Shown here one piece after another: positions 34,071-43,685 of a DNA stretch of 43,685 nt; position 1 is the stretch's first letter; every line of letters starts with the position of its first letter. This DNA is from Phoronis australis. Lineage: Eukaryota > Animalia > Phoronida. The notes under the pieces are model-generated. The model searched no databases and was not told where the DNA came from. It saw only the letters and a program-made list of their open reading frames with translations. The stretch lies in contig NMRA01000817.1 of the NCBI GenBank assembly GCA_002633005.1, forward strand, positions 89,560 through 133,244. The letters are read 5' to 3'. The position numbers were made by a program, and so were the translations under genes.

Positions 34071-37000
34071 TTACATGATGCTGCATTTTTCTGCCTTAGT
34101 TATTTCCGCAACTTTTTTTTCGTACTCGTCCACTTCGTTCAAGTAGTCAGTTGGGGGCCATTGGTGTTCAGTGACGTAATCCAGATTTTCACCGTCGAGT
34201 AAGGCGAACTCTTTCCTCTTCTGGAAGGCCAAGTAATTGGTGGCTATGAAGTGGCGACACCACGTGGACAGCTGAGCCGCGTTGTGGCGCTGAAAAGACA
34301 AACACGAAAACTTTGACTGATAAACATTTAGTTTACCATGAGACGAAATGTTGAGACTGACCAAAACAATGACATTGTTAGCGACATTATTGACGGTGAT
34401 TTAATCATTTTGGCATATTAGACAGCTATGAAATTTATGTGGCGTTCACACAAAGAATGAAAACACATTGGCTGGGTTCCGTTATGGTAGTACGTTGCAT
34501 TGTAGCGTTCACTTCGCCTATGGAACCGAAACAGTTAAAATTCTATCCCATAATTCAAAATTCTAACCCCACCGATCAATCATTTCAGTGGCCCCCATGT
34601 TGCTAAGCCACTTCTGTTAAGTGCCAGAGTATACTCGCGAATCACTCACTCTAAACTCGCGTGATTTTGCGAGATCTTGCTTTTCTCACCAGAAAGGTTA
34701 TGTACAGAATGCTACGTTGGTGGACCAAACATCCGATTGATCTTTATTTTGCTAGTTGGCTGTTTACAAGAGGTTGTATTGGCTGCGTTCATACCAATAC
34801 AGAGGTCATTTAGCGAAGTCTAAACCTCACACAACCAAATCTTCCGGTTTTGAAGTTATCGCCAAAATCTAGATTCATAGATATCGAAGAAACTTCACAG
34901 TCACCTGACACTCTTGAGAGCCAACGAAAAAAGGCGTGTTGAGAACAGGACATGAAGATATTCTTTACATACACTATTAAAGCATGCATAAATTAACGAA
35001 GGGTGTGTTCGCGGTAATTCAAGACTTCTGGGAAACCAGCGTTTTATAATGAAGAGGTAAATAGCTTAAGTAACTATTCAATACTAATAAGTAGAAGTTG
35101 TAATGGTTACCTGCGCTAGATGCAAGAGTCCGATGACGTCAATCTGTGATGTTTCGATACATTTTGTAACTGACCGATCCACTTCCTTTGAAATGTACAG
35201 TTCGCAAAGATTAATGAGTCGTGTCTGGCAGTATAAATCCGCTGTGTAAAGTATTCCCACTGAATCGCCCTCTTCAATTGGTGCATGGTCGGTATATAAA
35301 TACTCTAGGAGAGCCAAGAAGTTGTCAAGCTCGGCATCTGGGAGCGAAACTGCGCTGCTCCCTCCTTTACCTTCAGCAAAATGGCCGCAAAACATGGCCG
35401 CCATTACCTCACAACGTGTGGCAAGAATGACTTTGTGGGCGTGTATTTTGCATTCTGAAAGGCAACCAACCATTTTGTATAACATCAACATATGACATTA
35501 TACATTTGCTTTAGAAAAAAGACATGTTACTTCTCAAGACAATACGTCAAAGAGCGGAGACAAAATACAGTTTCCGTGCACATGATATCCCTATGGGGAG
35601 AAGTTGCGGTATCAGTATTATCACTCTTCAGTTGAGTGTTGTTTAGAAATGTATATCATACATAGTCGAGGTGATCATTTACTTACTTCCTATTTGAAAC
35701 GTGATGTCTGAATACAAAGATTTGTTGAGAAAGAGTTGTTTTAGTCTCTTTGCAGTCTCGTCGTTCAAATATGTCCCAATGCTTGGATTTAGAAAGTCTT
35801 CGTCTTTCTCTATGTTACGGCAGATCGTCTCTAAATGAGGAAGTTGAAATGTTTTGGAAACGTTCTTCACGTCTTCCAATACTTCTTCAGATGGTGTTTC
35901 TTGGAAATCAGGTTGACCTTCAAAACACATTGGAATCAAAGTGAAAGTGTTGCACATACATGGCGCCAATGCATAATTTTGCGCATGTGCGTTCCAATTA
36001 CGACAGAACAGTAGCGAGTTTCCAAAATACTGACAAATAGTTGACTACCGTAGAACTACCTCTTACTGATTTTTACTTGATCTATATTTTATACGACTAA
36101 GCTCCCTGTAAAACGCATGGCGGAAATTCGAGTGACGTCATTATGAGCGCACCCAGGGGGCTCGGGGGGCTCGAAAGAGCCCCAAATTTGGCGAAGTGGG
36201 CAAAACTGTCCGACTTTGAGAAACAAAAAGTCCGAGAAAATGAGACAAAAGTCCATTAAACAAGCACAAACGCGCAATTCACAGTGGTGCCCCCGTTTTT
36301 TTTTGTTAGTCCGCCCGCTTTTTTGTTACCAAAAGGTACATATCGCCAAGAATTCGAGCCCCCCCCACATTGAAGGCAGGGTGCGCGCATGGTCATGGAC
36401 ATTATTTTGAATTCATCCCTGATAAAAACTTATAAAGGTTTACAACATTTTACATAGCACGAAACTAGTACCTGTGTACAGGAACTCAAGCAGGTGCACC
36501 ACAGCACGTGACGTGATGTCGGCACTTAGTTGAATGACCGAGATACTCTTTCCCGATTGGTCGTCGAACTCGTCGAAAATAGCAGACAGACCCTCGCACT
36601 TTCCCTCGTTGATGCTGGCTCGATTAGTGGTGTTTTGGAAGGATTTTAACTGGTTAATCTACAGGAAATAAAAAACACGACGTGAGTAACATCTTGGCAA
36701 ATAACAAATGTTTCATAGCTCTCATTGTACACCTACGTAGACGAATGCGTTTCCAGGAAAGACGTTGGCATAATATGCAATGCGTGTGCAAATCTGTCTA
36801 TCCCCGCAACTTATTTGTTATCTTTTTCACAGCAAAATAATTTTGTAGGTGATTGTCGCAAAAACGCAGCTATGCAACTTCGTCGTTTTTGGTAGATAAC
36901 TGCAAAATACATACACACTGTTGAAATACGTCTGTGAAGATGGGTGATTGGTTAACTGAAACGAAGGCAAACAGACAGGCAGGCACAAGGACAACTATGT

Positions 37001-40000
37001 TCTTAGCCAGCCAGACCTTTGCTTGACTTTATAACATGTCGATTTCTTACCTCTTCATCCGTTTCAACTCCCAGAACTTGTGCGAAGTACTTTGAGGCAC
37101 TGCAAATGACAATCTTGTGTGCCAGTAGACGTTGTCCGTCTTCAAGCTGAAAACACATGTCCGTGTGTTTCGGGTTTTGTAGCGCTTTCAACCAGTGGTC
37201 AGCAAACGACGCGGTCTCTATTTCAATCCAAGGAGCTTTCCCTGTGGGTACAGTAGCACAATTAGTCTTCCACCTGAATTAATTGTTCTTTTCCCTTTAC
37301 AAACTGCCAGGTAAGTAATTGTTTTGGCGCGTGGTGAAAAAAAGATTTTTAGGAGAGGCCTGCTCGATTGTTAGGATTATTTCGGTGATGAAACATTCGG
37401 TATGTAAGATTAAAGCGTTCAGCCCTTGAAGAACGAACTGTGGTCCATTTTATAAGTCATGGAGTAACCTTAAATTGCACGCTGAAAGGCAAACAGGGGT
37501 GCAATAGGGGGCAGCCCCTATGTTACAAATCGATTGAACCTCTTACCAGCAGGGGGCATCACGGGTGGCAGCGGGAGAGGTTTCTTGCTTTTTGAGAAGA
37601 ATCCACCCTTTGCTCTGGGAGAACCGTCCGAACAAATGGTGGCTCGAATCTGAAAACATTGCGATTGCGTGATTAGCAACAGTGACGTCGAGAAGGCGGA
37701 CAAAAATTTTTCTTTGTAACTTAGTGAGGAATTTTCCGATATGTATGAAGACGTCCATAGTGGCATTTGAAGTGTACTCACGCCAGAGGTGGAATGAGAC
37801 GGGATGAATATTCTTCGTATACTAGGAGATTTTTCAAGTGCATTCTAAAACTGCTAACTGTATTCTGACTGCATTCCAAAACATCCGGGTCCAGTCTTGT
37901 GGCCCGCAAATATGGTTTGCCGAATTCACACCCGAATTTTGGAAAATGTTTCATTCCGGCGGATTCTGCTTCATTCATTCTCGCACATTCCGAATTTGTG
38001 TAACAAGGCTTACATGACAGATCTGGAGAGAGCCAGGGGAGGTAAGCAAACAAATTTGGACCGAATTCGACTAGCTGCCACCATGGTTAAGAATACGAAC
38101 GCTGCTATAAGCTGTGTTTCTGAATTTTTCTTGGTCCAAGCAAAGGTTTAGAACAATCGTTTAGAAATGTACCCAAGCGAAAAATTGTTACCACAAAACT
38201 GAGCCCTTGGGTGGAGTTAAGTGCATTGAATGTGACTCTGTCAGTATTTTGATACATGTGCCTTTGTTCGCTCTGGGGTACGGCACTTCCTGTTGAGTCA
38301 CTTCTAGTAGGTAAAGTCATCGAACAGTGGCACAGGATAACGCGGTTACGGTAACAGAAAACACTTGAAAACATGAAATGGCATATAGTGATATTTAAAC
38401 AGTCCTACCGCATCTTCGAAGCATTGTTTTACACCCAGCTGTGTGAGGGCGCTCGTCTCGCGGTAGGCCACCAAATTAAGTTTCTTGGCTAGACCTCTGC
38501 CTTCTTCGAACGAAGTCAGCCTTGTTGGATCGGTGGCGGTAGAACGAAGGTCTTGAACAAAGCAAAAGAGGATCTTTGTTATTTGAGAACAAAACTATGT
38601 TGTGAAACAAAAACTGGTTTCAACACCTAATTGGTTTCCCATGTTACATGGTTTTCTAATAATACATATAGTTGTATTCTCAAATTCGTAAACATCCTAT
38701 GTACTGGTGTAGGCTAGCTCCCAGTCGAACTCAAGTAAACTGTAGGACTATATGACTTAATAGAGGAACGAAAATTATTATAAGCTTTACTCATTAGTTC
38801 TCAAAAATGTACTCGCATTCTTCATAATTATAATTATAATATAACCTATATTAAACTGCATAATAAAACTAGAGTTATGTGGTATTCCATTTATTTTGTT
38901 GGGTTCTTTGCTAATACATTTGTAAAAAACACAAATGAGCAAAAACGAGGTATTGCTTTTTAGAATTGACTTCTCAGTCTCTTTCATGCCAGCCGCCAGC
39001 CAGGGCCGCCAGCCAGGGCCGCCAACTAATTAAGCCTAAACTTAACGATTCCAAGTCAAACTGAAAACCAGTAATATTCATGCTCCGATGACGTAACTTC
39101 TTGAACACAACAAGCGTCATTAGTCAATTACTCCCTACTTTAATAGTACTTTGTATTATTTCAAGACATTGGAAAGGGTAGACTCAGTCGCTCAATACAG
39201 CCTAGATCATCTTTGAAAATATGGAATGTATCGGATTATGTAAATAATCCATCTGTTTTTGTTGTGTTTTGTTCAATCATCTGATTGGTCGAAGTGCTGG
39301 TATCCGCCGCGCACGCTTGGACTCGATAGTCCCTTCAAATTACAAAGGGTAACAACAAAAATCGAAATTATAGAATAGATTAGGATATTTCAAACAGATG
39401 GATAAAATTCCGTGTCTTTACTGTACCTCCCTTACAAGCCACAGCAACCGCTGGGTAGAATACAACTAAAGTTCCGTAAATTCTGTTAATGAAACACAGT
39501 TGTTGTCTTACGATAATTAGTAATCGCGACCCATTGTACGTCAATCGAAAACTAACTTCTCATTGAAATGCCCTTATTTGGAATATGGAATATGGCAATG
39601 ATTCCATATTTATCGTTGAGCAAAGGTCAAGAAAACAAAATTGTCGTCAGGGTTATGGAAATTCAAGTTTTATTCTGTTAAAAGATCGAAGCCTGTTGCG
39701 TGCCATTTCACCTTTTACTAACGGTCAGTTCCCCGAATTTGATGGAGGTGCGTGACTGAACCTTTTTTCACCTATAGGTTGAAAATGGTCTCCCACGACG
39801 CCCCACATAATCTCGCAACCATTGGTCAGAGTCAGCAATTTTTTTCTGTCTGGCAAAACCATGAAACTGACCACCTGCTGGCTAAGACGTATCAGTAGAC
39901 AAAGGAAATGCTCAGCAGAAAAACGCAAAAGTCATAATGACATTTATTTAAATTTACAATCCAAGATTAACGTATTTACGCGTTTTAGGCCTACAGTAGG

Positions 40001-40650
40001 TGTTTACCTTGTTTGCATCCGACCAAAATTTTCGGTACTTCAGGAATGTAGTGGTTCAGTTCGGGAATCCACTTTTGCTCTACGTTCGAAAACGAGTCAC
40101 AACTTGTGACATCGAAGCATACCAGAACAATGTCAGTTGCTGGATATGAGAGCGGCCGCAGACGATCGTAATCTTCCTGTCAGATACAAGATGAGAAACA
40201 ACCGGATGATAAACCTTAGTAGAACACAACTGATCAACTAGTGAAAAACTTGCGGAAACTGATGGAAGGTACTGACGACAACCTGACCATTTCCATAAGC
40301 AGAAAACTCGACCAAAAAGACTTGCAGCCGGGTGGTCCAACTGTTTTTTTAACTGAATTTATTACGTGATATAAGATTTTCAACAAGTTTAAGCTCAATT
40401 TAATCCTAGCGATACCGTTTTGTTCTCTTGCTCATTAAATAACCTTCAACAATTAAGCCTGTCCCACCTGTCCGGCAGTGTCCCACAGTCCTACGCAGAA
40501 CGGTTTACCGTCGACTATTACATTAGCAGAGTAGTTATCGAATACAGTAGGGATGTAGTCACCCGGGAAGGAATTCGTAGTATACGAGATAAGCAGGCAA
40601 CTTTTACCGACCCCTCCGTCCCCAACCACCAATAACTTTAGGTTCTTCAT
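34071..40650 (-). CDS. RhoBTB: RhoBTB-family protein, RacA-like (Rho GTPase + Pro-rich linker + two BTB domains + C-terminal domain + CaaX), 589 aa
   Basis: Nine phase-consistent exons: 40650-40468, 40176-40008, 38551-38409, 37649-37547, 37241-37051, 36658-36472, 35917-35687, 35454-35111, 34289-34071 (1770 nt). [43 protein letters not shown]; [10 protein letters not shown]; BTB motifs [13 protein letters not shown]...LLEFLYTG and [17 protein letters not shown]...LLEYLYTD; HQWPP; ends CSIM*. An acceptor at 40665-40664 implies an upstream non-coding exon. Confidence 0.93.
36142..36391 (+). mobile_element. MITE family A, copy 2 (RhoBTB intron)
   Basis: Homologous to 22769-23032; exact 5-bp duplication GTCAT (36137-36141, 36392-36396). 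Confidence 0.88.
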
Positions 40651-41518
40651 CTCAGTAGTTTATCTGGAACAAAAGAGGGCGCAATGCGGCTGGAGTATCA
40701 AACCAGTCGATAAATACATGCTTCTTCCAAGATCAGCTTAATGCGTTGGTCTTTAAACCATTCCCTAATGCATTGCTGGTACACATAGGCGCAATACGCC
40801 TATACTTCACTTTTATGACGCATCCAGTTTAAGTAGCTATAGTGGACCATATATATATATTAAACTGGTATCAGTAAATTTCTCCCACTGCAGCTTTGCC
40901 TACGGTAGGGCCCTACATACCCGGCGTGACTGCCAATGATACTTCTTAGTGGCCGGATCTACGTACTGGTCGGTAGTTATCAAAATGGTTACAACTTGTT
41001 TTGAATGAGAGTTCTACGGCATGACGTCCGAAAGGGCTTTTTGTAGCAACTAAGACAAGATTGTTTCACGCCCGAATGTTGGTTCATTCATGCACAGATA
41101 AATGACTAACCATCTAGTACGTTTTTTGTCTAGACTGCATGTACGCAACATTAGAAAAGAAAATGGGCAGCTGATCAGCTCCGACTACGAGGAGCGTTTC
41201 CCAGAATTCTAAATAATCGTAGTTTTCTTCAGAATCATCAAACTTACCCTCAGATAATCTCCAGAACGGTTCCCGGCACAGTCGCTCTGATCCACACTTG
41301 AATCCGATCGGCTCCCCATATATTATATACCACTGTTTGTTGCTAAAAATAGTTAACCAATAGCAGCGAGCCAATCTTATCAATGACGTCATATGCTGAA
41401 GAAGGAGATCCCCGATAGGTGGCACGCTTCACGATCACCGTGAATACTCCAACCAACTGTAGCCGGACCGGGTACGGTGGTGATCGCCGCTGCTTGAGAC
41501 GCCCAACGTTATCTAAAC

Positions 41519-41687
41519 CAGTGGCGGATTTAGAGGGGGGCCAAGGGGGCCATGCCCCCTAAAATTCTCCCAGATTCCATTTGGCAGTACGGGGGTGCGA
41601 ATATCTGACGGGCAAAATCCTGGCTAATCATGGCTCTCTGCCCTAGCTGCCCCCGGCCAACTCAAAATCCTGCGGGATCCGCCCCTG
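41519..41687. mobile_element. MITE with CAG(T/G)GGCGGAT termini
   Basis: CAGTGGCGGAT ... ATCCGCCCCTG; exact 5-bp duplication TAAAC (41514-41518, 41688-41692). Confidence 0.8.
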
Positions 41688-41839
41688 TAAACGACAATTC
41701 CTCCTTCATGGCCAGCTTATTAAGTTTTACATTACAGAAGAGACTCTAGAAATTCTAAACACACTAATTGAACTCGCATAACTTCCACGGAGACCGTAGT
41801 CTCCTGCACAGACCCTCGAGGTTGGTGAGGACGCGTCAG

Positions 41840-42028
41840 CTTGTGATGAGGCCCGGGAACCACTGAGGTTACGGAGACCGCTGACTCGGACAAGCGGCAC
41901 TCTTCAGGTCGGGGGCCGGCAGCCCTGCGGTGAGGGGCGCCCGCCGTGCCGGCGCACCGGCGAGTGGTTGCGCTGCACGCGAAACAAGATGGCGGACGAA
42001 CTTTGGAGCCTGACGAAAATAGGTAACC
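41840..42028 (+). promoter_or_regulatory. GC/CpG-rich segment with YY1-like motif and possible first exon
   Basis: Conspicuously GC-rich stretch; CAAGATGGCGG at 41985-41995; ATG 41989 gives MADELWSLTKI before a candidate donor G|GTAACC at 42023. Confidence 0.35.
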
Positions 42029-43320
42029 GGACGATATATATACTTAAGACAGATCACGTTTCAGAAGTTCATTGTAATGTGAAAGAAAACAGCTGGATTC
42101 TACTCTCTGATAACTCGTGAGACAGTCTGACACTGAGTGACTCTCTGATACACCGGCCGTAACCATCTACATGATGCACCTGATCATTCTCGGCTGTCTT
42201 GTTTAATCTATGCCTTCCACGACAGTGGTAGTGGCCTTTTGGTCTCAATTTATTTCTACCTGAACATGCAATTAATTATCAGCCAAATATGTGTAGACGT
42301 CAAAGTCAGTTGATCGTGGACAAATATAGAACGAATTGAGAGAGTGTTTAAGAAACCGGTTAACAGAGGTTACTGTCAAGTTTTCAATATTGTACTTTTA
42401 GATGGCCGGGTTGAAAGCAAATCAAAATATCATGTAACGATGTAGTGGTCAAAACAACAGTTCGCTGCACAGTCCTCATTGATGTTCGTGAAATTTGTTA
42501 ACGAAACTTGTAGACAATGTAGGACGTAGCACTGAGTAGTTATAGCTAATTATAAGTCATTACCCAACCAGACTGACGCTCGGTTGGTATATCTCAAGAG
42601 CAACAGCTGCCAAGAGCTGAGCTGTTACGTACGACTCACAAGAATAGGCGGGATTCAAGACAAAATCCGGGTGGTACGATTTGTTACGTTGCATTCGAAT
42701 TTCCGCGTGGGAAGCCGCCTGACTACATGTATGTCACAAGCAAGGTTGTTCTACAGCTGGGTTCCACTTTGTAACACAAGGGCGACTTGTGAGTTATTCT
42801 CCGTAGTCTACTACGTACGCACCTGATCATACTGAGTTGACCAATCATCGTAAAAAGTAGCGGCGTTCCAGTCTCCTTTTTGTTGATTGGCAACTGCTAA
42901 GCGCTCCGCCGTCGTCAATAAACTAGACCCATCCACTCCAGACATGGTCGATCGCCGGGTGATAGAATGACTCGATGAGGTTTGAAGGTCGGTGGCCGCA
43001 ATGTGATAACGTCATGGCCGGTAGATGGGGCCACAGGTTGCCTCGATAGCTGCCATGCAGGTAGCGAGTCGGGACGGACGCGACGACTGCCACACTGGGG
43101 TCTGTCTCAGTGAACACATCACTGGACTCGCCTCTTTCAGTTTCGCAGAAAACTTTATGAACAAAATAAAAAGGTGTGAGTGATTTCTCACCTCCAAAAT
43201 CACTAGACGTGACGTCAGAAACTAATATTCTGTCTCATCTGCATGCCGGCTATTTTACTAATTCCGGCGGCCACTGACTCCGCCGGGCAACTAAAGTCGG
43301 GACGGCGGATAAGCGTATAC

Positions 43321-43353
43321 ATGAACATGAACATGAACATGAACATGAACATG
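43321..43353. repeat. (ATGAAC)n microsatellite
   Basis: 5.5 perfect copies. Confidence 0.95.
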
Positions 43354-43511
43354 TATGCTCGTGAACGAGTGTTCAGTCTTGGCTTGCACTTAATGACCCC
43401 AGAATTAATGCTAGAAGCTCTGATCTGAGCTCAAATTTTCGAGTTTTTACTTGAACACTGGAAACTAGCTCGGCTATGCAAAACTAGTCATGCAGCGGAA
43501 ACTGAACATTG

Positions 43512-43685
43512 CATGCGCGCACCCAGCTTTTATGGGGGGTGGGCTCGAATCCCTGACCAAGTGGACATTTTGCTAACAAAAAAGCGGGAGAACTAATTAA
43601 AGGGGGTACCACCTTCAGGTCTGGTGAACTGTGCGTCTCAGTGCGCCTTAAGTAGTGGACTTTTCAGTGTCTCGTTTTCTCGGAC
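43512..43685 (-). mobile_element. MITE family A, diverged copy 3, inverted, cut by the window end
   Basis: Starts CATGCGCGCACCCAGC; GGGCTCGAAT, TAACAAAAAAGCGGG and TGTCTCGTTTTCTCGGAC are reverse complements of segments in copies 1 and 2. Confidence 0.8.

Noticed and set aside
32886-35111. In-frame RhoBTB-WD40 fusion by splicing into exon 32886
   Set aside because: All RhoBTB donors are phase 0 or 1 and this acceptor is phase 2; RhoBTB also has its own complete CaaX terminus.

Overview
AT-rich, intron-containing invertebrate animal genomic DNA, not prokaryotic. It carries four protein-coding loci. (1) A small spliced + strand gene of unknown function (~0.9-2.7 kb). (2) A NeuroD-family bHLH gene with a single coding exon (- strand, 6087-7049), followed on its 5' side by ~12 kb with no recognisable gene. 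That stretch holds four copies of a Pax paired+homeodomain-type motif. (3) A 17-exon WD40 gene (- strand, ~21.5-32.9 kb) that resembles the C-terminal half of NACHT-WD (NWD-like) proteins but has no NACHT exons in view. Tandem repeats have amplified one of its splice donors and one of its splice acceptors. (4) A 9-exon RacA-type RhoBTB gene (- strand, 34071-40650) with an intact Rac-like GTPase domain and a C-terminal CaaX. Repeats include several short TIR elements that share 5-bp target-site duplications (one is a 429-bp foldback), a tRNA-derived SINE, minisatellites, and a (CT)n tract with an assembly gap. All exon models were built by hand from GT-AG sites and phase continuity and need RNA-seq confirmation. 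I found no clearly new multi-gene system; the best leads are the Pax-site cluster, the NACHT-less WD40 gene with its amplified splice junctions, and the 5-bp-TSD element set.
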